A DNA stretch of 40,386 bases from an uncultured Eubacteriales bacterium (GCA_959029275.1 CAUFVC010000001.1:1-40386), one strand, 5' to 3'. Positions 17,296 to 26,713 are shown, counted from the stretch's first letter. Numbers and translations: made by a program. Notes: generated from the sequence alone by a model not told the origin.

Positions 17296-18243
17296 ATGAA
17301 GTCCTCAACATACAAAAAGATTCTAACCATCGCTGGCGCAACCACCGCTGGCTTAGGTATCCTTGCTGGCATCAATGCCATTGTATTTCGCCGGGCTACC
17401 TCTGACCATCTTCTCGAGCATGAGCCCGGGAATTTCTTTCATTGGCGATACGGTGATGTCTTTTATACTGTCCGCGGTACAGGGACACCTGTTCTTTTAA
17501 TTCACGGCATTTATCCTGGAGCGGGAGAGCACATGATGCGAGCACTCTCCGAAAACCTAGCCTCCTGTCATCGCGTCTACACCCTTGACCTGCCGGGCTT
17601 TGGCCGTTCAGATAAACCGATGATCACCTTTACAGCCTATTTCTATGTCCAGCTCCTCAATGATTTCGTTGAGCAAGTCGTCAAATCTCCTGTGGGCGTA
17701 ATCGCGGATTCCCTGTCCTGCACCTTCTGCTCATTAGCCTGTCAAATGCAGCCGAACTTCTACCGCAAACTGCTATTTGTCAATCCTCGCAACGCTGTGG
17801 AGAGTGCGCCTAGTCCCGGCTTTCTCTTCAAATTATCGCGCCGGCTGTTAGAGACACACATCGTAGGGACCTTTATCTACAATCTCCTGACATCGCGTCC
17901 CCTATTGCGGCGACAATACCAAAACCGCAACATCTCCCTCACGCCTACCATGCTCATGGAAAGCTGGGAGAGCGCGCATTGTAAAGGCTCCTGTGCCAAA
18001 TACGCCTATTTCTCCTATCTGACCCATTACATGGACGCGGACATTATCCGGCCCTTAGCAAAAATCGACCATGATCTCTATATCATCTTAAGCGGAGACT
18101 TACTGCGCGACAGAAAACAAAAACAAAAATTAGAGGACATCAATTCCTCCATCGAGGTGGAACTCATGTCTCCCTGCGCAGGCTTCCCCTGGCTTGAAGC
18201 GCCGGACGAATTTTTATCCATCTGCCATTTTTATTTTTCCTAG
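17296..18243 (+). CDS. Alpha/beta hydrolase fold protein with N-terminal membrane anchor
   Basis: PVLLIHG, YTLDLPGFGRSDKP; start moved to ATG 17296 behind AAAGGA; catalytic motifs degenerate. Confidence 0.85.
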   Translation: MKSSTYKKILTIAGATTAGLGILAGINAIVFRRATSDHLLEHEPGNFFHWRYGDVFYTVRGTGTPVLLIHGIYPGAGEHMMRALSENLASCHRVYTLDLPGFGRSDKPMITFTAYFYVQLLNDFVEQVVKSPVGVIADSLSCTFCSLACQMQPNFYRKLLFVNPRNAVESAPSPGFLFKLSRRLLETHIVGTFIYNLLTSRPLLRRQYQNRNISLTPTMLMESWESAHCKGSCAKYAYFSYLTHYMDADIIRPLAKIDHDLYIILSGDLLRDRKQKQKLEDINSSIEVELMSPCAGFPWLEAPDEFLSICHFYFS

Positions 18244-18249
18244 CGGCGA

Positions 18250-18290
18250 AAAAACAGGCTATGACACTCCAATTGTCATAGCCTGTTTTT
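18250..18290. terminator. Bidirectional intrinsic terminator
   Basis: Perfect 17-bp inverted repeat AAAAACAGGCTATGACA/TGTCATAGCCTGTTTTT between convergent genes. Confidence 0.88.
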
Positions 18291-18316
18291 AACGTAAGAC
18301 ATCTTCCGCGAGTTAC

Positions 18317-18748
18317 TCATATCAAGGGCCGAATCATGTACACATGCTCCATACCAGCACACATGTGGCGCTCCCCCTCAACGGAAAAGCCAAGCTTTTC
18401 ATAAAATCCCTGGGCCTGCGCCTGTGCATGCACCACGCCCTGAAGCCCTCCCCTTTCAAATGCCTCATTGATCATAATCTTCATGAGAAAGTCCCCAATA
18501 TGCTGTCCCCGATAGGATCTGCGCACGGCGATCCTTTCAAAGAAATAGACGCCGTTCTTTCCCTTCCGCAACCTCCCGGTGGCAATCGGCTCTTGCCCCT
18601 CATAGATCACAAGGTGATCTGCCTTCGCATCCAGAGCATCTCTTTCCAGGGATGGGTGTACCTTCTGTTCCTCCACAAAGACCTCCTGCCGGATCCTAAA
18701 CGCCTCCGCCAGATCCTCGTCCGGTCCCTTCCAGATTCCTCTCAGCAT
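18317..18748 (-). CDS. GNAT N-acetyltransferase (YjcF/ElaA-like)
   Basis: IRQEVFVEEQ, ATGRL, RIAV...RGQHIG, HAQ..A.GFYEKLGF, GMEHVYM. Confidence 0.9.
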   Translation of the reverse strand: MLRGIWKGPDEDLAEAFRIRQEVFVEEQKVHPSLERDALDAKADHLVIYEGQEPIATGRLRKGKNGVYFFERIAVRRSYRGQHIGDFLMKIMINEAFERGGLQGVVHAQAQAQGFYEKLGFSVEGERHMCAGMEHVYMIRPLI

Positions 18749-18763
18749 CCGAAGCTGGCCTCC

Positions 18764-19603
18764 TTATTTATATGGAACTCGAATGATCATCTCATAATAA
18801 TCGCCATTCTTCTCCTCATCCACCTCCACAGGCACGCCAGCGTCCTTCATATAGGTAACCGCCTTTTGCACTGTGTTGGTAAACAAGCGGATGTCTTTTA
18901 TGTAGCGCTTGATCTTCTGCTTGCCAGCTGTGTCGCCGTCTGTCTCCTCTTCCGCCTTCTGCTCCTTTTTCAGGATACTATCCAGCACGGCTTCCACAAG
19001 CTCCTCCGTGTGCTTAACCGTCAGATTCTCCTCAATCACCCGAAGCAGCACCTTTCGCTGTAGCGCTTCATCCGGAAGCTTTAACAGAACACGGGCATGC
19101 CGCTCTGTCAACCCATTTTCCATCAAATCCTTTTGAATCTGTGGCGAAAGTTTCAACAGGCGCAGTTTGTTTGCTATGGTGGACTGACTCTTTCCCATCA
19201 TCTTTGCAATCTGTTCCTGGCGGAGATCATAATCCTCAATTAAATTCAGATACCCCTGTGCCTCTTCAAAATAGTTCAAATCCTGCCGTTGAATATTCTC
19301 AATCAAGGCCAAAACGGCGCTCTCCTGATCGGTTATATCCACCACGATGGCAGGGATCATGGTCAAGCCGGCCAACTGGGACGCGCGAAGGCGCCTCTCA
19401 CCCGCAACGAGTTCATATCCATCCCCCAGCGTTCGGACGCTTATGGGCTGCATGACGCCGTGTTCCTTGATGGACTGCGCCAGTTCCCCCAGCGCCAGAT
19501 TATCGAAGGTCCGCCGCGGCTGGTAAGGATTCGGGCGTATTTTACTTATCTCCACTGAAATGACAGATACCGTTTCATATTTACTCTGGTCAAAAGAATT
19601 CAT
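18764..19603 (-). CDS. noc: Nucleoid occlusion protein Noc (ParB paralogue)
   Basis: PNPYQPRR, GERRLRA, GKSQSTIANKLRLL, LTERHAR, KDIRLFTNT; directly downstream of rsmG. Confidence 0.9.
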   Translation of the reverse strand: MNSFDQSKYETVSVISVEISKIRPNPYQPRRTFDNLALGELAQSIKEHGVMQPISVRTLGDGYELVAGERRLRASQLAGLTMIPAIVVDITDQESAVLALIENIQRQDLNYFEEAQGYLNLIEDYDLRQEQIAKMMGKSQSTIANKLRLLKLSPQIQKDLMENGLTERHARVLLKLPDEALQRKVLLRVIEENLTVKHTEELVEAVLDSILKKEQKAEEETDGDTAGKQKIKRYIKDIRLFTNTVQKAVTYMKDAGVPVEVDEEKNGDYYEMIIRVPYK

Positions 19604-19645
19604 TAGTTTAAAGACCCCTTTATACGGTGAGATGATTCCGATCGC

Positions 19646-20374
19646 TCATAATGGTTCTTTCTTTATTTTACTTTGTTTTCTAGGATATTTCAAGGGCAAA
19701 CTGCCGATCTTCTCAAATATTGTTATAAAATGACGATACTCTGTATATGGTATGGCCATATCCATCGTCTCCCGGATAGAAAACTGCAATTTCGACGCAG
19801 CATTGCGGGAAATCGCTAGCTCCTCTTCAATGCTGGGTCCCTTGTAGGCCAAAAAGAGGCCGCCTTGTCTTATAAATCCGGAACAATACTCCAACAATAC
19901 CGGCAGAGGGGCAACAGCCCTAGACACGGCTACATCATAGTTTTCCCGATACTCCGCCCTATGCCCCAGCTCTTCGGCACGGCCATGAATGCAGGTTACA
20001 TCCCTCAATCCCAGCTGTCTACACACTTCCTGTAAAAAGACAACCCGTTTCTGCAAAGAATCCAACAGCGTCAGGGATACCCCTGGCAGTAAAATCTTCA
20101 GGGGTATCCCCGGAAAGCCCGCCCCCGTTCCAACGTCAATCAACCGCACTTGCTGTCGGCCATCTCTCAGTAGCGCCACGCCACCGGCCAGGCTATCAAG
20201 AAAATGCTTTCCGATAATCTCCCGCTCTTCTGTGATGGCGGTGAGATTCATTTTCTAATTCCTCTGCACACGTAAATCACAGTAAACCGTGAACTCCCGA
20301 ACCTTCCCCCTGTCCAGCACAAGACCCCTTTCTTCTGCTCCCAGCCGCAGACATTCCTGAACTGCCTCATCCAT
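19646..20374 (-). pseudogene. rsmG: 16S rRNA m7G527 methyltransferase RsmG, interrupted by an in-frame TAG at codon 40 (real lesion or sequencing error)
   Basis: ATG 20374 behind GGAG reads MDEAVQECL...YCDLRVQRN*KMNLTAI, with TAG at 20257-20255. Downstream motifs HFLDSL, DVGTGAGFPG, GRAE, SRAVA, YPR are intact. Confidence 0.85.
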
Positions 20375-20387
20375 TGCCCTTATCTCC

Positions 20388-22337
20388 CTACTTTTTTCGA
20401 AGCCGGTATTGCTCCAGATATACGAGAAGAACATTCACATCCGCTGGCGATACGCCGGAAATCCTGGACGCCTGGCCCACTGACCGCGGCCGCACCTTGG
20501 ACAGTTTCTGTTTCGCTTCCAACCGCAAACTCGTGATTTCCTCATAATCTAACTCCTGCGGGATCAGCTTTTGCTCCATTTTCTTAAACTGCTCTACCTG
20601 CTGCATCTGCTTTTCGATGTAACCCTGATATTTTATTTGAATCGAGGCTTGCTCCCCGATTGCTGAATCTAAGCGCGGCCGCTCAGGAGCCATTGCCTCC
20701 GCGTCGCCAATGGCGAGCACATCGCCATAGGACACCTCCGGCCGGCGAAGCAGCTCGGCTAGCGAAATCCCTGACCGTATTGGGGAGGTCTTTAAGGAAT
20801 CCAAAAACTCATTCACTGCCGGGGAAGCATTGATATAGGTTTTCTCCAGCCGCTCTATTTCCTGGGAAATGTCCTCTTTTTTTTGAAGAAAACGGCTATA
20901 TCTGGCATCGGAGATAAGCCCAACTTTATACCCCATCTCCGTCAACCGGAGATCCGCGTTATCTTGGCGGAGCAAAAGCCGATATTCTGCTCTCGATGTC
21001 ATCATGCGGTATGGTTCATTCGTACCCTTTGTCACCAAGTCATCGATCAGCACGCCAATATACGCCTGTGACCTGTCCAAAATCAGCGGTTCCCGCCCTT
21101 TGATGGACAGCGCGGCGTTGATTCCCGCGATCAGCCCTTGAGCCGCCGCCTCTTCATACCCTGAACTCCCGTTAAACTGACCGGCACTGTAAAGCCCCTT
21201 CACCTGTTTGATCTGTAAGGTATGGTCCAAGGCCAGCGGATCAATACAGTCATACTCAATGGCATATCCCGTCCTCATGATCTGAACATGTTCCAAACCG
21301 GGCAATGTTCTGAGCATATCCCGCTGCACATCTTCTGGCAGAGAGGAGGACATCCCCGATACATAATATTCGAACGTGTGATCGCCTTCCGGCTCCAAAA
21401 ATACTTGATGCCGCTCCTTATCAGCAAATCGAACCACTTTGTCTTCGATAGACGGACAATATCGAGGTCCAATTCCGCGAATGTCACCCGAGTATAAAGG
21501 AGACCGGTGCAGATTATTCCGGATAATGGCATGGGTCCTCTCATTTGTATATGTCAGCCAACAGGACCGCTGAGGCCGCCGGATACTGTCCGGTGTATTT
21601 TCAAATGAAAACGGGACGATATGCTCATCGCCTTTCTGCTCCTCCATCTTATGAAAATCCAGAGTCCGGCCATCCACTCTGGCAGGCGTCCCGGTCTTAA
21701 ATCGCCGCAAAGGCAGTCCCAGATCCCGGAGACAGTCTGTCAAACCGCCACATGCGGCCTGCATCCCTCCCGGTCCGGTCTGAACGCGATATGCGCCATG
21801 AATACAGCTGGCCTGCAGATAGGTACCTGTACAGATGATGGCGCTTTTACAGGGATAGTATCCTCCTGGCGCGGTTAAAACCCCTGATACTCTGCCATCC
21901 TTTGTATCGATATAGACAACCTCACTCTGGCGGACCCACAGGGAATCCTGCTTCTCCAGAACAAGCTTCATCTCCTCTTTATATCGCGCTTTATCAGCCT
22001 GCGCTCGCAGGGAATGAACCGCCGGCCCTTTTGCCGTGTTCAACATCCGGGATTGAATGTAGGTCCGATCGATATTCTTTCCCATCTCGCCGCCCAGCGC
22101 GTCAATTTCCCTCACCAAATGCCCCTTCGACGTTCCCCCAATATTGGGGTTGCACGGCATCATGGCGATACTGTCCAGATTCATGGCAAAAAGAACTGTC
22201 CTCATTCCCAGCCGCGCACAGGCTAACGCCGCCTCACAGCCTGCGTGTCCCCCACCGATCACGGCCACATCGATTTCCTCTTCCCAATATACGATCTGGT
22301 GCGCTTTTGACCCCAACGCCGGATATTCAGTACCCAT
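20388..22337 (-). CDS. mnmG: tRNA U34 5-carboxymethylaminomethyl modification enzyme MnmG (GidA)
   Basis: [61 protein letters not shown]. Confidence 0.97.
   Translation of the reverse strand: MGTEYPALGSKAHQIVYWEEEIDVAVIGGGHAGCEAALACARLGMRTVLFAMNLDSIAMMPCNPNIGGTSKGHLVREIDALGGEMGKNIDRTYIQSRMLNTAKGPAVHSLRAQADKARYKEEMKLVLEKQDSLWVRQSEVVYIDTKDGRVSGVLTAPGGYYPCKSAIICTGTYLQASCIHGAYRVQTGPGGMQAACGGLTDCLRDLGLPLRRFKTGTPARVDGRTLDFHKMEEQKGDEHIVPFSFENTPDSIRRPQRSCWLTYTNERTHAIIRNNLHRSPLYSGDIRGIGPRYCPSIEDKVVRFADKERHQVFLEPEGDHTFEYYVSGMSSSLPEDVQRDMLRTLPGLEHVQIMRTGYAIEYDCIDPLALDHTLQIKQVKGLYSAGQFNGSSGYEEAAAQGLIAGINAALSIKGREPLILDRSQAYIGVLIDDLVTKGTNEPYRMMTSRAEYRLLLRQDNADLRLTEMGYKVGLISDARYSRFLQKKEDISQEIERLEKTYINASPAVNEFLDSLKTSPIRSGISLAELLRRPEVSYGDVLAIGDAEAMAPERPRLDSAIGEQASIQIKYQGYIEKQMQQVEQFKKMEQKLIPQELDYEEITSLRLEAKQKLSKVRPRSVGQASRISGVSPADVNVLLVYLEQYRLRKK
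20857..20870. promoter_or_regulatory. Noc-binding site (NBS)-like palindrome inside mnmG
   Basis: ATTTCCTGGGAAAT, 13/14 match to the NBS consensus. Confidence 0.6.
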
Positions 22338-22363
22338 CTATTCACACTCTCCACACGTAATTG

Positions 22364-23773
22364 TTATTTGCCAAGGCAGAACCGGCTGAAGATCTCCTGA
22401 ATCACATCGTCCTTGACACAATGCCCGGATATTTCCCCCAGAGCATCATAGGCGTCCGTCAAATCGATCATAAGCATATCCTGGGGAATCCCCGCCTCCA
22501 CTCCTCTCAGAACCGCCCGAAGTCCGGCGATCCCCCGGCGAAGCGCCTCCTTCTGCCGGAGATTGGAGATCAGCGGATCCCTTCCGATGGCAATGCTGCC
22601 ATCGAAAAATAGCTTTCGAATTCGACTTTCAACTGCATCCAGCCCTTTTTCTTTCTTAGCGGATACTGGGAGTATGCGCTCCCCCGCTTGGGGCTCCCCC
22701 AGCATCGCCACAAACTCATCCGCACTGTGGGCGACCGCAAGGTCCGTTTTATTCAACAGTATCAGATATTGCTTATGCTTAATTTGTTGAAAAATGGCTC
22801 GATCTTCCCCGTCCAGTTCCATCCCGGCGTCCACGACCATCAAAATTAGGTCGCTTTCCTCTGCGGCCCTCCTAGCTAAATCCACGCCTATCCTCTCTAC
22901 CACATCCTCTGTATCCCGGATTCCCGCCGTATCCACCAGGTGCAGCGGCATTCCTCCTAAGTCCACAAATTCCTCAATGGTATCTCTTGTCGTCCCAGGG
23001 ATATCCGTCACAATGGCGCGCTGCTCTCGCAAAAGCGCATTTAGCAAAGTAGACTTTCCCACATTGGGCCTTCCCACAATGGCAACCTTGATTCCCTGTC
23101 TGAGGAGCCGTCCGCTCTCCGCAGTTCCCCACAGCTCTTCCATACTCCCCAGAATTGCGGCTGTCGTCTGCCGAACCTGGTCCAGCGTCACATCCTCAAG
23201 ATCATATTCAGGATAGTCGATATTGGCCTCCATCTGGGTCATCAGATCTAAAAGCTTTCCGCGCAGCATCTCAATCCTGTCGCTTAAGCCGCCTTTTAGC
23301 GTGTGAATCGACGAGCGCAGCGATAAATCCGTCTGGGACGAGATCATGTCCATGACCGCTTCCGCCTGTGATAGATCCAACCGCCCATTTAAAAAGGCTC
23401 TCTTCGTAAACTCTCCGGGCTCCGCCAAGCGAGCGCCGTTCTGCAATAGGAGCTCTAAGATGCGTCCCTGTATATAGGCGCCGCCATGACAATTGATCTC
23501 CACCACGTCTTCCTTTGTGAACGTCCTCGGCGCTCGCATGAGCATCACAAGAACTTCGTCCACTGAATTCTGTGTCTGTGGATCCACGATCCAGCCATAG
23601 TGAATCGTATGAGAGGGAAAGCCGCGCAGAGGGCTTTTGTCCGCCGATTGAAATACGGCGTCCACAATATCGATGGACTCTTTTCCTGAAACGCGGATAA
23701 TCGCAATCGCTCCGGTCCCTGCCGGCGTAGAAATAGCCGCAATAGCGGGGGCCCCATAGTTCTCATCAGCCAT
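22364..23773 (-). CDS. mnmE: tRNA modification GTPase MnmE (TrmE)
   Basis: IAAIST, PGEFTKRAFLNG, GRPNVGKS, GTTRD, DTAG, NKTD, C-terminal FCLGK; alternative start at 23785. Confidence 0.97.
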   Translation of the reverse strand: MADENYGAPAIAAISTPAGTGAIAIIRVSGKESIDIVDAVFQSADKSPLRGFPSHTIHYGWIVDPQTQNSVDEVLVMLMRAPRTFTKEDVVEINCHGGAYIQGRILELLLQNGARLAEPGEFTKRAFLNGRLDLSQAEAVMDMISSQTDLSLRSSIHTLKGGLSDRIEMLRGKLLDLMTQMEANIDYPEYDLEDVTLDQVRQTTAAILGSMEELWGTAESGRLLRQGIKVAIVGRPNVGKSTLLNALLREQRAIVTDIPGTTRDTIEEFVDLGGMPLHLVDTAGIRDTEDVVERIGVDLARRAAEESDLILMVVDAGMELDGEDRAIFQQIKHKQYLILLNKTDLAVAHSADEFVAMLGEPQAGERILPVSAKKEKGLDAVESRIRKLFFDGSIAIGRDPLISNLRQKEALRRGIAGLRAVLRGVEAGIPQDMLMIDLTDAYDALGEISGHCVKDDVIQEIFSRFCLGK

Positions 23774-23779
23774 GTCAAT

Positions 23780-23856
23780 CTCCATTCCGCCCAGCTGATC
23801 TTTACATTCAGCTATGGCAACTACCCTTGAGCCGCGCGCCGGCTCAAATTATAGTC
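23780..23856 (-). repeat. Degenerate copy of the intergenic structured element
   Basis: Minus strand GACTATAATTTGAGCCGG..GGCTCAAG..TAGTT, hairpin AGCTGA/TCAGCT, then CGGAATGGAGATTGA (15 nt identical to copy 1). Confidence 0.6.
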
Positions 23857-23878
23857 TTTTCATTCTCTATCAAAACGA

Positions 23879-23913
23879 TAAGAAAACCCAGCGGCAATAG
23901 ATCCCTGGGTTTC
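23879..23913 (-). terminator. Probable terminator after jag
   Basis: Minus strand GAAACCCAG...CTGGGTTTTCTT. Confidence 0.55.
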
Positions 23914-24001
23914 ACATACGGATTCGGCGCCTTTTATTGGGGGACAAACCCATACTATCTTTAAAAAAGTATACCTGATATGCGGTGAATTCACACCTAT
24001 G

Positions 24002-24769
24002 TTATCGGCTGTTCTTGCGTTTCAAGGAGATCACAACCTTGCGGTATGGTTCCTCCCCCTCGCTGTGGGTCTCAATCATGGGGTCAGACTGTAGGGTGGA
24101 GTGAATGATCCGCCGCTCGTAGGGATTCATGGGCTCCAGGATAACTCTCTTCCCCGTCTTCTTCACCTTCTTAGCAAGATTTATGGCTAGGCTCTCCAAA
24201 GTCTGCTGACGCCGCTCGCGGTAATTCTCCGTGTCCAATTTCACTCGCACATGGGACTCAGAACCCTTATTCACCACCAGCGTGGTCAAATATTGGAGAG
24301 AATCCAGTGTATTTCCTCTCTTGCCGATGATGACGCCCATTCCATCACCCTCGATATCCACATTTAAGATATTATCATCGGAGTATTCAGCTTTGACATG
24401 GGACTGTATCCCCATGGCGTCGAGGACGTTGGTCAGGAACTCACACGCTCTGTCGATCGCCTCCGGATTTCGCTCCCCCGCCGGCTCATGATCTTGATCA
24501 GACTCCTCAGAAAAGCTTTCGATCTCAGACTGAATCGGCTCAAGCTCTCTCGCCACTTCCTCCTCAATTTCCTTCTCCACCGTCTCTTCCTGACCTGATG
24601 GCTTCAAGGACACTCTGACCTTGGCTTCTTTGCTGAAAAGGCCAAGGATACCCTTCGTGCCTTCGTCCACGACTTCAATATTCACCTGATCGCTGGACAC
24701 CCCAAGTTCGATCAACGCCGCGGTGATGGCCTCGTCCACTGTCTTGCCGGTCTTCTCTACAAAATCCAT
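24002..24769 (-). CDS. jag: RNA-binding protein Jag/EloR/KhpB (Jag_N, KH, R3H)
   Basis: GKTVDEAI..AL, IIGKRGNTLDSLQYL, LEPMNPYERRIIH, SEGEEPYR. Confidence 0.95.
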   Translation of the reverse strand: MDFVEKTGKTVDEAITAALIELGVSSDQVNIEVVDEGTKGILGLFSKEAKVRVSLKPSGQEETVEKEIEEEVARELEPIQSEIESFSEESDQDHEPAGERNPEAIDRACEFLTNVLDAMGIQSHVKAEYSDDNILNVDIEGDGMGVIIGKRGNTLDSLQYLTTLVVNKGSESHVRVKLDTENYRERRQQTLESLAINLAKKVKKTGKRVILEPMNPYERRIIHSTLQSDPMIETHSEGEEPYRKVVISLKRKNSR

Positions 24770-24782
24770 ACTCTAACCTCCC

Positions 24783-26024
24783 TTAAGATTCTTCCCCATT
24801 CGAATCTGTTTGTTGGTTGTCCTTCGAGTTTTCATCTTCTAAAAGTTGTCGGTTCCTCTGCTGTAAGGCGGCTTTTTTGTTGCCGGCCATGCTGCTCCGG
24901 TTTGCCGATGCGGCTGTGCCCACGCGGTTTCCGGTTCGCTTGTCCACATTGGAGCGGGAGAGCTCTTTCAAACGCTTCTTCTCCTCCAGCTCGTCGCGCC
25001 GGCGGAGAGCCTCATTGCGCTCCTCCCTGTCCACAATGCCATCCACCAGGAACTGCTGCAAAATACTGAAAATATTGCCGGCGATCCAGTATAGGCCGAG
25101 GCCGAGGGGCATCGTTACGACAAAAAATGCGGTCATAAAGGGAAACACGATGTTCATAATCTTCATGGTCTGATTCTGTGTATTCTGTGCCGCCTTGCCA
25201 TCCTTGGACGTCCGCTTGGTCCTCTTCTCATTGGCCCTCGTCGCAAGCCAGGAGGACAGCCATGTGGTCACGCCCGCCACAACAGGCCATATAATGCCTG
25301 GGAAACCCCATCCGGGGGCCTCTGCCAAGTTAAAGAATAAGAAATTATTGATCTCCGCCTGCAAACTCACATTGGCCTCAAAAGCGGCATTGCCGGCCAA
25401 CCCGACGGCCTGGGTAAACTCAGTCCACTGGGTCTTTGACAGATGGTACAGAAAATCGATGACCGAATTTTGCGTCTCCACATTAAACTTCTGTAGTCCC
25501 TGAACGACGCTCTTGAAAGCATCGCCCGTGATTACATCGGCATAACCCGACTGTGCCATGACCTGCGCGGCCATGGATTCAAATATCGTTCCGATATCAT
25601 TGATGTAAAATGGAATGTTTCGCAGGATCTCATACAGGGCAAACAAAATCGGCATCTGAATCAAAAGAGGTAAACAGCCGCTCATGGGGTTGGCCTTGTT
25701 CTTCTTATAGAACTCGGACATCTCCATCGACATCTTCTGCTTGGATTCTGGATCCGTTTTATTCTTATATTTGTCCTGGATCTTCTGAAGCTTCGGCTGC
25801 AAGCGCATCATCTTTCGGGACGACCGCTGCTGCTTTAACATCAGCGGCAACATGCAGGCTCGAACGATAAATGTAAATAAAATGATGGTGATACCAAGGG
25901 AGTGATCCACCGTTATCATATGGATCAGCTGGTATACCACACTGATAATCAAGCTGAGTACAAAGGCCAAAGGCTTTAAGATAAAGTTACTCGTGGGCGC
26001 TAATATGGCAAAGTCCACACGCAC
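24783..26024 (-). CDS. yidC: Membrane protein insertase YidC/SpoIIIJ
   Basis: LGITIILFT..VR..MLPL..KQ, QPKLQKIQ.KY, GCLPLLIQMPI, GLGLYW; GTG start at 26024 or 26018; synteny. Confidence 0.93.
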   Translation of the reverse strand: MRVDFAILAPTSNFILKPLAFVLSLIISVVYQLIHMITVDHSLGITIILFTFIVRACMLPLMLKQQRSSRKMMRLQPKLQKIQDKYKNKTDPESKQKMSMEMSEFYKKNKANPMSGCLPLLIQMPILFALYEILRNIPFYINDIGTIFESMAAQVMAQSGYADVITGDAFKSVVQGLQKFNVETQNSVIDFLYHLSKTQWTEFTQAVGLAGNAAFEANVSLQAEINNFLFFNLAEAPGWGFPGIIWPVVAGVTTWLSSWLATRANEKRTKRTSKDGKAAQNTQNQTMKIMNIVFPFMTAFFVVTMPLGLGLYWIAGNIFSILQQFLVDGIVDREERNEALRRRDELEEKKRLKELSRSNVDKRTGNRVGTAASANRSSMAGNKKAALQQRNRQLLEDENSKDNQQTDSNGEES

Positions 26025-26071
26025 AGCTCCTCTCCGCTACAAACTTTCTTGGCCGGTAAGCCTGTCCAATT

Positions 26072-26281
26072 CTATGGAACAGGATCATAGCCGCCCGGAT
26101 TAAACGGATGGCATTTCAAGATTCGTCTAACTGCAAGATACGTCCCTTTAATGGCTCCATATTTTGTCACCGCCTCGTACGCATAGGCCGAGCATGTGGG
26201 ATAGAACCGACAGCTTGGCGGTTTAAGAGGTGATATGCATTTGCGGTAAAAAGAAATTGCCATCAACAAAATTTTTTTCAT
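26072..26281 (-). CDS. yidD: Membrane protein insertion efficiency factor YidD
   Basis: [32 protein letters not shown]; start moved to ATG 26281. Confidence 0.95.
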   Translation of the reverse strand: MKKILLMAISFYRKCISPLKPPSCRFYPTCSAYAYEAVTKYGAIKGTYLAVRRILKCHPFNPGGYDPVP

Positions 26282-26356
26282 TTCGAACCTTCTTTTTAAC
26301 ATAAACGCAGGCAGGTTGTCCCCAAAAAGCCACACGTCTACCCTCAATCTTCGAAA

Positions 26357-26713
26357 TCATTGCTTACGCACTGCAAATGTGCTTTCACCGCGAAGGACTC
26401 TCTGCTTGCCCGCAAGCCTCAGCAGCGATCTCTCCATATCTGTGCTCTTCTTGTCCTTGGACGGCTTTCTCGCGATGATCACAAAATCATAGCCATCCTT
26501 GAAATGCTGCTGATTCAGCCGGTAGGCCTCCCTTATGATGCGCTTAACCCTGCTTCGCACGACGCTATTTCCGATTTTCTTGCTGACTGTGATACCGAGC
26601 CGGTTCACATCCTCGCCGTTCTCCAAACAATATAAAACGATGCAGGCATCTGCCTTGGAACGTCCCTCCGCGTAAACCCTGAGAAATTGTTGGTTCTTCA
26701 AACTTTGGATCAT
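26357..26713 (-). CDS. rnpA: Ribonuclease P protein component
   Basis: F.RVY..G, RLGITVSKKIGNSVVRSRVKR (RNR-like motif), DFVIIAR; start ATG 26713 after AAGGAG. Confidence 0.95.
   Translation of the reverse strand: MIQSLKNQQFLRVYAEGRSKADACIVLYCLENGEDVNRLGITVSKKIGNSVVRSRVKRIIREAYRLNQQHFKDGYDFVIIARKPSKDKKSTDMERSLLRLAGKQRVLRGESTFAVRKQ

Noticed and set aside
18344..19063. Long antisense and shadow ORFs in the track (e.g. 18344-19063 +, 222-674 +, 37307-37909 -, 28047-28604 -)
   Set aside because: They overlap well-supported genes on the other strand or frame and show no recognisable motifs or RBS.
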